64,000 bases of DNA from Leucoraja ocellata. Its lineage: Eukaryota. The translations under genes and the position numbers were made by a program. The notes under the pieces are model-generated. The model was not told where the DNA came from, ran no database searches, and saw only the letters and a program-made list of their open reading frames with translations. Positions 40,290 to 52,443 of this stretch are shown piece by piece; positions within the stretch are counted from its first letter, which is position 1; every line of letters begins with the position of its first letter. The stretch spans positions 1 through 64,000 of the forward strand of contig JAWMAR010001838.1 in NCBI GenBank assembly GCA_036785375.1, given 5' to 3'.

Positions 40290-41620
40290 CCTCAACTTCA
40301 AGTGCTCAAAGTGCACCTAAGGTGCTGAGGGAAAGTATGTAAAGCTACAAGTTCTTTGAAACTGGTTAGGGTCAGGTGGATGAAGGATCAATCTTTCAAC
40401 TTGACTACATCAAGGGTTAGAAGCATAATTTAAAGTCCATATATGATTAAAAATTGTTGCCATGCCGACCTCACAGTTATTAACAAAGAAGATGACCCGC
40501 TCAGGGTGCATTTCTTTTGGACAAAATGGAAGATATGGGTTTCAATTAGGTGGATTTCCAAAAGCAATGCGACATGTCATTAAGCCAGCTGATCATCATG
40601 GAGAAAGCAAAGACCATCTTCATACATCTACAAGAAGAAGAAAGAGATAGCTCAGAAACACTCACTATTAACAGTCTGAAGAAGGGTTTCGACCTGAAAC
40701 GTTGCCTATTTCCTTCGCTCCATCGATGCTGCCTCACCCGCTGAGTTTCTCCAGCATATTTGTCTACCCACAGTTAGCAGAGATTGGTTTGACAGGTTCA
40801 AACAATGCTGTAACCTGCACAGCATCTGTATCTCTGGTGAAGCTACAAGTGCAGCCATGCAGGCAGCGAAGGAATTTCCTCAATATCTCAATGCATTCGT
40901 TGACCACGACATTCACTCTCCCCGGCTTGACATCATTGTTGATGAAATAAGCTTTTTCTGGAAAAGAATGCAAACCACTCTTTTATTTCCCAAGAAGAAA
41001 AAAAGTGTTTGTTGGTTCAAGACTGTAAAAGAGCGTTTAACACTCCTACTTGATGGTAATGCTTCAGGAGACTTTCAGCTGAAGCCGATGCTCATTTATC
41101 ATTTAGAAACTCCACAAGCAATGAGGGCATGATCAAAAATGCAGCAACCTGTGATTTGGAAATCAAACAAGAAGGCCTGGGTGCCTAAAGATATTTTCAC
41201 ACAGTAGTTTGTCTCACACTTTTGCCAAGTTGTGAAACGATATTGTGAAGAAAATAATCTTGAACCTAAAGCATTGTTGGTGGTGGATAATGCCTCAGGC
41301 CACCCCGAGAATCTCAACGCCCTTTGGAGCTGCATTCCTGTAGAGGTGGTTAATCTTCCACCGAAGATTACTCACTGTGACAGGACTCCATTACAAGAAC
41401 CACAACTTCCTTGCTGCAACCAATAGTTCAGGGAATCATTTCTAATTTCAAACCCTACAACCTTTGCTGCACCATCAGACAACGTGTTGAGCAGACAGAT
41501 GGTCACGACAAACAATCTATCTGGAAATTCTGGAAAAATGACGTCATCATGTTGATCATAGGTAATATCAAAGCAGCCTGTGATGAAGTATCCCAAAACA
41601 CATCATGGAGTACCGAAAAA
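40290..41620 (+). mobile_element. Decayed Tigger/pogo transposase
   Basis: IIVDEISFFWKRM, KERLTLLL.GNASGD..LKP.LIY, WKSNKKAW, LLVVDNASGH, LPP, LQP..QGII..FK across frameshifts. Confidence 0.85.
40673..40768 (+). mobile_element. Penelope-end insertion with hammerhead-like core, inside Tigger
   Basis: ctgaagaagggtttcgacctgaaacgttgcctatttccttcgctccat. Confidence 0.75.
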
Positions 41621-41664
41621 TCTAAGGCTGGAAGCAAAGGAAAAACTTACTAGAATTTGTTGGT

Positions 41665-42826
41665 TCTGGACCCCAAGAAAGGGAGTTTGTAGAGTGCCTC
41701 CAAGGTGGACTCTTAGAGCAGCTGGTTCTGGAGCCTACCAGAGAGAAGGCAATTCATAGTCATAGTCATAATCATACTTTATTAGCCAAGTATGTTTTGC
41801 AACATACGAGTAATTTGATTTGCTGTAAATCATGTCTTGACGAATTTTATAGAATTTTTCGATGATGTAACTAGTAGAGTGGATAAGGGAGAACCAGCGG
41901 ATGTGTTATATCTGGACTTTCAGAAGGCTTTCGCACACGGTATTGGGGGTTCAGTATTGATGTGGATAGAGAACTGGCTGGCAGACAGGAAGCAAAGAGT
42001 AGGAGTAAACGGGTCCTTTTCACAATGGCAGGCAGTAACTACTGCAAGGCTCAGTGCCGGGACCGCAGCTATTTACAATATATATTAATGATTTGGACGA
42101 GGGAATTGAATGCAACATCTCCAAGTTTGCGGATGACACGAAGCTGGGGGGGGGCAGTGTTCGCTGTGAGGAGGATGCTAGGAGGCTGCAAGGTGACTTG
42201 GAAAGGCTGGATGAGTGGGCAAATGCATGGCAGATGCAGTATCCACTGAGGTTATCCACTTTGGTGGCAAAAACAGGAAAGTAGACCATTATCTGAATGG
42301 TGGCCGACTAGGAAAGTGGAGATGCAACGAGATCAGGGTGTCATGGTACACCAGTCATTAAAAGTAGGCATGCAGGTGCAGCAGGCAGTGAAGAAAGCGA
42401 ATGGTATGTTAGCATTCATAGCAAAAGGATTTGAGTATAGGAGCAGGGAGGTTCTACTGCAATTGTACAGGGTCTTGGTGAGACCACACCTGGAGTATTG
42501 CATACAGTTTTGGTCTCCTAATCTGAGGAACTACATTCTTGCCATAGAGGGAGTACAGAGAAGGTTCACCAGACTGATTCCTGATGCCAGGACTTTCATA
42601 TGAAGAAAGACTGGATAGACTCGACTTATACTCGCTAGAAATTAGAAGATTGAGGGGGGATCTTATAGAAACTTACAAAATTCTTAAGGGGTTGGACAAG
42701 CTAGATGCAGGAAGATTGTTCCCGATGTTGGGGAAGTCCAGAACAAGGGGTCACTGTTTAAGGATAAGGGGGGAATCTTTTAGGACCGAGATGAGGAAAA
42801 CATTTTTCACACAGAGAGTGGTGAAC
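41665..42826 (+). mobile_element. CR1/HER1 fragment with internal deletions and no 3' UTR
   Basis: [48 protein letters not shown]; short (catagt)n Rex-type tail inserted at about 41755-41822. Confidence 0.9.
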
Positions 42827-43461
42827 CGCTTTTGGCCAGCTGTGCTGCGATTTCCGAGAGACGCCGCCACCTACGGCCGTCATTTTTGGCCACCTCGCTC
42901 AGAGTCCCCCTCCGCCGTATGCGTGCGGAGGATTTTGTCCGTCGATGAAAAATGAGAGAGATATTAATGTTTTTACAAAATTCCCCATTCTCTCTGCTGC
43001 CCCCGCTGGCGGCAGGGGGAGGGACTATAAAACCAGGAAGTGTCGTGCCTCACTCAGTCTCTGCCAGACCCAGGAAGCAAGAGGGTCACAGCTCTCTGAG
43101 CTGCGAGTAACACTGAACGCACGTCTACTCCACGGTGAGTCCCCTCGATGCGGCTGTAGTGGCTGCAGCCCTTTTTAACAAGTTTGTGCTCACAAAATGA
43201 ATTTTGGTTGTCGGGTGTCTGCAGCTTGGCTTGGCTTTTAAAATTGTTGCAACAGTTGGATGCCTGCCCAAGCATCCATACGGCCCATAATGTCTATACC
43301 AGCCCTCTGGAAACCAGTACCTTCGGCCCGCAACACCCATACTAGCACAACAGACAACCCCACTGGCGAGCAATATTGGAATTGGTGGAGAGGTGGAATA
43401 TTGCGTTGGTGATCAGCCTTCCCATGTGATGCTGGGACCCAACGAGTCCCACTTAGTCTAG
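42827..43461 (+). mobile_element. Non-autonomous Helitron-like element, 3' portion
   Basis: Subterminal hairpin tgggac-ccaacga-gtccca (43433-43451), then CTAG (43458-43461) followed by T; no TSD; CpG-rich body. Confidence 0.65.
43026..43140 (+). promoter_or_regulatory. Candidate Pol II core promoter and first exon inside the Helitron-like element
   Basis: TATAAAA at 43026; ETS-like caggaagtg; Inr TCAGTCT with its A at 43056; donor ACG|GTGAGT at 43134/43135. Confidence 0.45.
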
Positions 43462-44009
43462 TTCAAACTAAATCTTTTCAAGGTGAACTCCAGTGTTGCC
43501 CTTTCTTTAGCACAGATGGTTCCTGGTTGTAAGATAGGCCATCGTGGACGATTGGATTGTCCTTCGTTAACCTTGTGGCATCAGGTTCCTTCTTCTCAGT
43601 CTTCCATCATCATACCTGTCACGTGAATATCACGTCTTTTGCAGGGAACATTTTTCTCAGATCAACCCTGGCAAATTATCTGCTTGGATCTCTTTTGTGA
43701 CATTTCACACCAATTAAGTTATCAAAACCAGAAAACCTGTAGCTTTGCATTATGAAACTTTACATTCCTTTGTTTATGTTCACATATAGTTGTATTTAAT
43801 CTCATGACAATTTCTTTCATCTCCTCATTCACTCGAGACCATTTGTTCTCCACTATCTCAGGTTCTTCTGCTATTCTAATTCATTCTAATTATAATCCAA
43901 CATAATTTCTCCTGTTTTATTCTGTTAGGAACATACAATACATTTTGCAAATATTTTCTTTCTTAGTTAACGATAGCAGGTTTTACAGTCTTTTTGCTGA
44001 GTTCCTCTT

Positions 44010-44555
44010 ATATTCTGTTGGTAATGGTATTGGTTTGTTATTGTCACGTGAAGCAAGATACAGTGAGAAGGTTAGTTTGCGTGTTATCCAGATACATTAT
44101 GAGTACAATCAAGCCATACACAAGTACAACAGCAAAGAAAAAAATACCAGTGTAGATTACAGTGTTACAACTTTAGAGCATTAGAGGTACAGAGAAAATA
44201 TCCAAGATCTGCAATGAGCTAGGTTGGAAGGTTGGAACTACACCCTCATTTATGGGAGGCCCATTCAGTAGGTTGATAACGTCTTGGATAAAGCAGTTCC
44301 TGAATTTAGTGGTATATGTGTTTTCAAGCTTTTATATGTTCTGCTAGTCAGGAAAGGGTAGAAGAGGGAATGACCAGGGTGAAAAAGTTTCTTCATTATG
44401 TTGGCTGCTTTTCCAGTGTAGAGTAAATTGTAGATGGTGGGAGGCAGGTCTCTGTGATGTAATGCATTACATAGAGGCTATCTTCACAACTCTGCAATAT
44501 CTTGCAGTCTTTGGCTGAGATGTTGCTGAACCAAGCTGTGATGCATCTCAATATG
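44010..44555 (-). mobile_element. Old Rex1-like LINE remnant
   Basis: (ggtatt)n-like tail and ttattgtcacgtg; ORF 44396..44770 contains ILRCITAWFSN.SAKDCKILQ. Confidence 0.6.
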
Positions 44556-44620
44556 ATCGGGGCTGAGGCGCAGGTGGCCCGACTCGTAGCTGAGGCGGCG
44601 GCGACCTGACTTCGGAGGCT

Positions 44621-45418
44621 CAGGATAACAGCCTCCTCTTGAACATCAAAAAAACGAAGGAGCTGATCATGGACTTTAGGAGGGCACATCATCCGAGGAC
44701 GTACACTCCATTGAGGATAAATGGGGATCCTGTGGATAGGGTGAACTGGTTTAAATATCTGGGAGTCCACATCTCTGAGGATATGACATGGGCATCACAC
44801 GCCTCAGCACTCGTGAGTAAGGCAAGGCAGCGCCTTTACCACCTCAGGCAATTGAGGAAATTCAGAGTGTCTCCGAGGATCCTCCAGTGCTTCTACGCAG
44901 CGACGGTGGAAAGCATCTTGTCCGGGAACATTACCATCTGGTTTGGGAATTGCTCTGCCAAGGACAAGAAGGCTCTGCAGAGAGTAGTGCGTTCGGCCGA
45001 ACGCACTATGGGAACTTCACTCACCCCCTGCAGGAACTATACAACAGGAGGTGCAACTCCAGAGCAAACAAAATCATGAGAGACCTCTTCCACCCCTGCA
45101 ACGGACTGTTCCAGCTGCTACGGTCAGGCAAACGCCTCCGTTGCCATGCGGTGAGAACGGAGAGGTTGAGAAGGAGTTTGTTCCCAGAGGCAATTCGGAC
45201 TGTAAACGCCCATCTCACCAGGGACTAACTCTACAGAACGTTTTTCCTTCCATTATTTATTATGTAAAAGAATATGTGTGTTATGATTGTGTTTATAATT
45301 TGTTTGGTTGTTTTGTTGTTTGTCTTTTGCACAAAAGTCCGCGAGCATTGCCACTTTCATTTCACTGCACATCTCGTATGTGTATGTGACAAATAAACTT
45401 GACTTGACTTGACTTGAC
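44621..45418 (+). mobile_element. Rex1/Babar 3' fragment, near-identical to 36170-36960 in the opposite orientation
   Basis: NIKKTKELIMDFRRAHHPRTYTPL.. matches the long ORF; one frameshift near 45028; (cttga)n tail. Confidence 0.95.
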
Positions 45419-46698
45419 TAGTATTATCAATCCGTAACCGCACATGCAAGTGCTGCATTTTAGATGCATATGCTTTTAAATCATAATACTCAACATTTCT
45501 AAATTGATGCCCAGTGTGTGTGGTAATGATGACTCTGGTTAGTCCATCTGGCACCTGTGCTGGATATGGAGTTAGTTGCCCCCCCCCCCCCCCCAGGCTT
45601 GAGCACTGGCATCTATATTAATAACTAAAGTAGGGTTAGCCCCCCACTGTAGCTCTGATATAGCTCCAGTGGGTAATTTCATGATTCGATCATAGTGACC
45701 CGAATATCGTTTTAGTGCGTACCTTTGTTCTTTGTAGATTTTGATAGTGCAAAGGTCCGATTTGTCCATGGTAGTACATGGCTTCAACCTAGATTTATCT
45801 GGAGTAGGACGAACCCCAGTGTTTCAAGGAGCTGTTTTGTAGCTAATACTGCTGCCACAGCCAATTCCTTTGTTTCCCTACTGTGAGAATATCATCCAGA
45901 TATGCTATGACAATATACTTTTGTTTCCTTAGTATTCCCATGGCTACTTTTAATATTTTGGTGAATTGTCTAGGGGCTGGAGTTAGACCATTGGGCAATC
46001 TCTATACTACCACAGCTGCCCCAACCAGCTAAATTTTAGGTATCTGCAATGATCCTTGTGTATGGGTATTAGATAGTAAGCATCTTTAATATCAATGCTT
46101 GCTATAAATTATCCTTTGGAAATCAGTTGTCTGACAGTAACAAACGTCTCCATCTTGAAATGTATATACTAAACAAACTTATTTAGTGATGTTAAGTCAA
46201 TGATGATGCGGCTTCCACCATCTTTTTTGGGCCAATGTTGAACTGGCGATAATATCTCTGATATAACTGAATTTTGTATCCACTAATGTTGTTGAGTATA
46301 TACTAGTTACTCGTGACATTACCCCATGCTTCTTTAAACAAGTGTATTCGCCCCCTGTTAGTAGAGCACCCTTGTTCTCTATATGCTGGCAGGAACCAGA
46401 CCCACCTACCTCCATGGTTATGGGTATTCTTCTGTTTCCTCCAGGTCCAACGAGTCTTACACGTCGTATGACGTGGTGGGGGTGGCGCATTTTCCCTGGG
46501 GCCTGCTCTGGGCCCTGGCCTGAAAGGCTTACAGGATTGGCATGCAGGCCCCGAGCTTTCACCAGTACCATAAGGTATACCCAGCTGGTGGATGCATTAG
46601 AGGTACTGCTGACTGGTTTACGTGTGGTGCTCATTCCAGACCCTGCCGCCTTACCCCGATATTTTTGACACGTCGTCCAGTTTTTTGAAAAACTTTGT

Positions 46699-46792
46699 TT
46701 GAAGAAGGGTTTTCGGCCCGAAACGTTGCCTATTCCCTTCGCTCCATAGATGCTGCTGCACCCGCTGAGTTTCTCCAGCTTTTTTGTGTACC
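46699..46792 (+). mobile_element. Penelope-end insertion
   Basis: tgaagaagggttttcggcccgaaacgttgcc; imperfect TSD ttttt(g/a)aaaactt. Confidence 0.75.
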
Positions 46793-47117
46793 TTTTTAAA
46801 AACTTGGCTTGATCACGGATCCTTCTGTCTGGCTAAGTTGTTGTGTCGGCATTCTCACAGTCTTGTGAATTTTGGTTGAAGGCAGGGTTTATAACTTCCT
46901 GAGAGTTGCGGGGCACTGCGAACAGTAGGGTCAGGTGTTTTTCCATACTACCCTGACCTCTGGAAGAGCATGTGAATGATAGCCGACATCAGGCATATCA
47001 AATTCATTTTAAATATTGGGTTTTTTGAGAGCGATGCTCAATGTATCCCCCAATAATGGTGGGCACTTTGAGTAATGCAATTTAGGGGAGGCGTGATGAA
47101 TCCAACACCTCATGACT

Positions 47118-47244
47118 CTGAAGAAGGGTTTCGGCCCGAAACGTTGCCTATTTCCTTCGCTCCATAGATGCTGCTGCACCCGCTGAGTTTCTCCAGCTTT
47201 TCTGTGTAACCTTCGATTCTCCAGCATCTGCAGTTCCCTCTTAA
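47118..47244 (+). mobile_element. Penelope-end insertion starting exactly at CTGAAGA
   Basis: 11-bp TSD acctcatgact at 47107-47117 and 47245-47255. Confidence 0.8.
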
Positions 47245-48154
47245 ACCTCATGACTACCTGTCTTGGAGAGGTTCTTTGAAAAGAACAGGTAGTAAGCTGG
47301 TCTGTCAGTCGAGACTGAAATTTATCTCACTAGTGGTGAAGCCACATAGCGGCCACACCCAGCAGCTGTTCCTGATCCTGTACCTCAAGCATACTCCCGA
47401 TGTTGTTCAGCCAGTGACCCCTCTTCTTGACCAGCCCAGCTCTGGTCCCATCAATCCCTCGACAAGGGAGATGGCCAGTGCAATAGCACTGGAGTGGGAG
47501 TGTTAGCTCCCTTGGCAGTTTTTCGGGAGTTTTTAGCTCCATGACCTCCTCTGGCTTGGGGAAACAGACATACTTGTTTTTTGTATGAAGTGCTGATCCC
47601 ATCTTCCGTGTCTGTCTCCAGCCTGAGGTTTGGTCTTACCTTGTTGTTAGAGGCTGCCTGCCGTTTTCGGGCGGCATTTCAGCGGTTCTCGGGCGGCGAG
47701 TCTCCTTGTCGGGAGTCTGCAGGGGTGCCAGCCGGTTTTTAAATTTCCCTCCGGTCCGCTGCTGTTAGTCAAACAGCTGTTTAGCGGACCGGGCATCAGC
47801 GCAGCACCCGTGTCTGTGGACCGCAGCGTGTGCGGTCCCGTTGCCGCCTCTCCCCCCTCCACTGTCGGCTCCTTCACTGGAGTCGAACGGGGGCCGCTTC
47901 CCTCTGGTGCTTTGCTCCCCCTGGAGCAAAAACACAAGGAAAAGACCGATGAAGGTAAGTACTTACCTAACGTTCCTTTCTTTCAGGCTAGTTGCGGGAG
48001 CGCCCGACTCCCGTCTGGCCGCTGTTGCACTGCTGGCGTTAATGCCGCGCCTGCGCACTGAGCGGGTTCTTCACGGAATCACTCACGTGACTCCGAAGTA
48101 AAATTACTGTAAACGTTGTTGTGTTTTCAATCTATCACTGCCACCTCATCCTCT

Positions 48155-48990
48155 AGGGGCGCTGCATTGGCAGCAGCCTCTACCTACAGCCTGTCTGTCA
48201 TTTCTATTTTTTTTTTAGTTAGTCTAAAGTCTGTTTTAAGGGGAAACTTTAACTTTTCTATGTGGGGGAGGGGGGCAGGGTAAGGGGGGAAACCGTTCCC
48301 CAGTCTCTTCCTGACGGGGACGCGACTATTTCTCTGAGTCGCGTCCTCGCCCCCCACCTCGCGGCCTACCAGCTGGACCGGAGCGGCCTTTCCTGCCGGG
48401 GACCGGGAACCGGACCAGGGCTGCTACAGCGGCGGCGCAGCGCTGGAGTCACCGCGGAGCGGGCGATGCCTACCTGGGTCGCCGTTTGGAGCTCTGGAGC
48501 GTTGGGCCGCTGCTCCAACATCGTGGAGCTCTGGTGCGGAGAGCTTCCAACGCGGGCGGCGCTGACCGTTATCGTGGAGTCCTGGGGCGCCTTGTAGAGG
48601 GTCGCCAGCAGCAGTCTCCACCCGGTGCGGCCTGCGGACTTTGGAAGCCGCAGACTCCGGTAGGAGGGGGCCGACTCTGTGTCCGTGCCGCTGAGGACGT
48701 CCCGCAGCCCCGACGTTGGACTTACAACACCCTGGCGAGCGGTCCTGGACATCGGGCCGCCCGTAGCTGCAACTGCGGAGGGCACGGGGAGGCCCTGACC
48801 ATGGGGAACAATGGAGACTGACTTTGGTGCCTTCCCACACAGTGGGGAACTTTGATTCTGCTGTGTGGGGATGTTTTGTGTTAAATTCTATAGTGTGTTG
48901 AGTCCTGTTTATTTTTATTGTATGGCTGTATGGGAATTCATTTCACTGTGCCATCTGGTACATGTGACAATTAAATCTATCTTGAATCAT
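48155..48990 (+). mobile_element. GC-rich non-autonomous retroposon (copy C)
   Basis: ggggcgctg head, T-tract, G-tract, GC core, gccttcccacacagtg, catttcactgtgccatctggtacatgtgacaattaaa. Confidence 0.7.
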
Positions 48991-50164
48991 AGTTACTATT
49001 GTCTAGATCGAAGACTGGTTTCAGATTGAACTGAATCACTCAAGAGGAAACATTGGATTGGTGATTTATTTTTAATATTAGGGAAATAACGAATAAAAGA
49101 CAGGAAACTGGCACTGCGATAAATGATCAGACATAATCTTGTAAAATAGCACAGCAGGGGTAAGGGACTTAATGGTTTTCACTCATTCCTTTTTTTAGCC
49201 TATATATAAAGGTCTTTCATGTTACATTACTTTTCCACAAAACATACTTAACTATAAGATTACTAATTATTATTTTTCTTTGAACAATTTAAAATCTAAA
49301 ATAACCCAATCCTTCAGTTGTTCCCGACAATGCCAAAGTGGAAAACCATTTTGTATATATTCCATTTATCTGTTCTCCTCACCAGTTCTACTGCTAATGT
49401 GTTTTGCCCAGTTGTACATGCATGCTATTGTCTCCTATATGGGTGAGGTACTCCTCCACTTATGTAGCTAAAAATCTAGGTTACACAAATAGACAGAAAA
49501 ATAAACTGAGATTATTACTATAGTCTGGTCTGTTCGATATGTCTCACAGTTTTGCTATTAACAACACATTCCAGAGACAAAGAAGCATAATGTGCTGTAA
49601 CTGCAGTTCCAACTGCCCCCATTAACCCATCTCATCTGACGTTTAAGAAATATTTCCATTGACCTACCAATTCATCCTCACTTTCACTTCCAGTGAAGAA
49701 TAACTTGGACCTGAAACATGAATGGATTCTCTTTGCACAGATCCACCGATGCACTCTTTGAAACAAGAGAACATTCAAGAATAGCATTTTTCTCCTGTTA
49801 AAACGTCTTAAGTTCAGCTGCAGGCTGAATTGCCATTGTGCTTGGTATCACCAAGTTCAAATCTTGCACCTTCCTGATTTGCCCGACCTGGAGATTTGTT
49901 GTTTTGCCAAAGATTACTTTCAATTGTAGTGGTGCTTGCAGCATCAGCACACAGATGAGTTCATGGCAGTATTATTGGTATTTTCACCCACAATTCCCCA
50001 GCAATTGGTTTTATTCAGAGACTGTTTGATTTTTGGATACACTGAAGATCATGGAATGTGGGTGATAATGCAGAAAGTTGAACGAAGCCTGGTGATCTGC
50101 CATGCATTGAATGTTGAATCATTCATGTAGAGCCAAATAGCAAACTCCTTCTTATCTTCTTATG

Positions 50165-51100
50165 TTATCCTTGAAGGTCGTGTCGCAGGTTTATCAGGTG
50201 GTCAAAACGTATTTTGGCACTTTGGCCCTCATCAGTCAGAGTATTGAGTATAGAAGTTGGGAGGCCATGTTGCAGTTATATAAGACGTTGGTGAGACCGC
50301 ATTTAGAATATTGTGTTCAGTTCTGGGCACCATGTTATAGGAAAGATGTCAAACTGAAAAGAGTACAGAGATCCCCATCCTGGAACAGCCCAATCAGAGT
50401 TGTGTCATCCGCAAACTTGAGAAGCCTGACAGAGGTGTCTGTGGAGGTGCAGTCATTGGGTGTGAAGTGGTGATTGGAGTGGGATGGGTGTAGAAGGGCC
50501 CAGTCTTTGCAGACTGAGGTCAGGTTGTGAGTGGGTGTGAAGTGTTGGTTGGGGTGGGAAAGGGTCCACTCTTTTCATACTGGTGTCTTGCCTTAAGTAG
50601 GTGTGAAGTGGTGAATGTGAAGGAGAGGGTGCAGGGTCCATTCTTTGCAGACTGGGGTCTGGCTGTGTTTGTTGGGGAAGGGGTACCAGGGTTACGTTTC
50701 TGATTTTCAAGCCTGCAGTAAAACTCATTCAGGTTGTTCGTCAGCTGACGATTGTCCAAAGAGCGGGGGGCTTTCCTCTTATAGCTGGTGATTTCTTGCA
50801 TGCCCTTCCAAACTGAAGAAGTGTCACTAGCTGAGAACTTGCTCCTCAACTTCTCAGAGTACCTTTCCTTGGCAGCTCTGATTCCTCTTCTCAGCTCTTT
50901 ATCGATTAGGCTATCTTTTAACTCTTTAACGATTAGGCTATCGGCTTGACGCATATTTTCTCCCAGCCCCCCTCCCCCCGATTTCAAAATGGAAATGTTA
51001 CATCTGTTTGGATGATCAGCCATGATCATATTGAATGGCGGTGCAGGCTCGAAGGGCTGAATGGCCTACTCCTGCACCTATTTTCTATGTTTCTATGTTA
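50165..51100. mobile_element. Mosaic of CR1 (+, 50165-50370), deleted Rex1 (-, about 50372-50900) and CR1 tail (+, 51007-51100)
   Basis: LYKTLVRPHLEYCVQFWAP; minus strand kfaddtt-type aagtttgcggatgacaca and SSVWKGMQEIT.YK..NNLNEFYCR. Confidence 0.75.
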
Positions 51101-51724
51101 TGTTTTTATCTTCTAAATTAATCCAAATTGTCATTTCTCTCCATTACATGAAAGCTTTTCTTAAAATCGATCTTTTGATCATGTCACTATGGCACTTTTC
51201 AACCCCATATTTCACAAACCCACTCACCTTTACCACTATTATTAAGTTAATACGTTTGTGGTTCCTACAAGCCTAGTTACTTGTCAGGTACTTTGAAACT
51301 AGTTTGCGACAGACTAAAGTAATGGAAGGTGTTGTCCTTAGAGACGCATTGCAATATAATGAATGATAATAGATGCTCTACCTCTGAAGAAGGGTCCTAA
51401 CCCAAAACATCTACTGAATGTCATTTATTTCACCACCCCCTCCATCCCACCTGGTGTCTCACAGTTTGAGATACCCATGTTTGATCCTGATCTCCAGTGG
51501 TGCCTGTGTGTGGAGTTTGTATGCTTTCCCTATGAGCACATGTGTTCCTAACCTACATTGCAAAGTTATGCAGATTGGTAGTTTAATAGGCCAATGTACC
51601 TTGTCTGTAGACGAGTGGTAGAATCTGGGGGGGTTGATGAAAATGTGTGGGAAATAAAGTGGTTTAGGGAAGGAATAGTACACAAATGGGCGGTTGAACG
51701 TTGATGCAGATTTGATGGGCCTAA

Positions 51725-52277
51725 AGGGCCTGTCCCACCAGCATGCGATTGCATGCGTCTAGCGCGACCAAATGGAAGCGGAGTTCACGTGTGACATAAT
51801 TTACGTCAAACCCACCAATCAGCTGGGCAGGAGGCGGGCCGACTGAATTTGGACGTCGCACGGCGTCAGGCGGTGACGTCATCGCGCAACGGCATGCCAG
51901 GCGGTGACATCATCGCGCAACGCCATGCGCTAGGCGTACGCCGTCAAGACGTTGCGTACGACGTCAAGGCACTGCATATGACGTCGAGACACTGCGTACG
52001 CCCGTTGAGACGCTGCATACGGTGTTGAGACGCTGCGTACTCCGTCAAGACGCTGCATACGCCCTCAATGTGCCTACGGGCCGAAAGGCCATTGGGGCGC
52101 GGAATTTTAGAACAGTGCAAGATTTTTGGAGCCCCGCATGATGTCGGGACTACTCCCACACAACTCTATACGTCTCCGCCAATCGAAGTGGGACCGGCCA
52201 CGCGAGGCCGTACGCCTCAAGCGACCACGTTTGGTCGCACTAGACGCATGCTATCACATGCTGGTGGGTCAGGCCCT
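51725..52277. mobile_element. Complete Harbinger-like MITE inserted in a V-SINE tail (SINE about 51450-52310)
   Basis: About 50-bp TIRs agggcctgtcccaccagcatg.. / ..catgctggtgggtcaggccct; TAA on both sides (51722-51724, 52278-52280). Confidence 0.85.
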
Positions 52278-52320
52278 TAAGGCCATGTTTCCATGCTGTA
52301 AGACTATGACTCAACTGCTA

Positions 52321-52443
52321 CAGTCTCAGTAGCCTGCGGCAGTCAATGTTGGGAGCACCAACAGTCTCAGTAGCCTGTGGCAGTCAATGTTGGGAGCACC
52401 AACAGTCTCAGTAGCCTGTGGCAGTCAATGTTGGGAGCACCAA
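52321..52443. repeat. 41-bp tandem repeat, 3 copies
   Basis: cagtctcagtagcctg[c/t]ggcagtcaatgttgggagcaccaa at 52321, 52362 and 52403. Confidence 0.95.

Larger units (their letters stand above)
45419..48104 (-). mobile_element. Deleted DIRS1-type element (5' ITR, gag and RT remnants)
   Basis: Terminus tcactcacgtgactccgaagtaaaat as at 57810-57835; 45420-46460 parallels 55058-56410 (HYDRIMKLPT.AISELQW; TMEVGGSGS). Confidence 0.88.

Noticed and set aside
42995-43020. CTCF-like motif upstream of the TATA box
   Set aside because: One base short of the core consensus spacing
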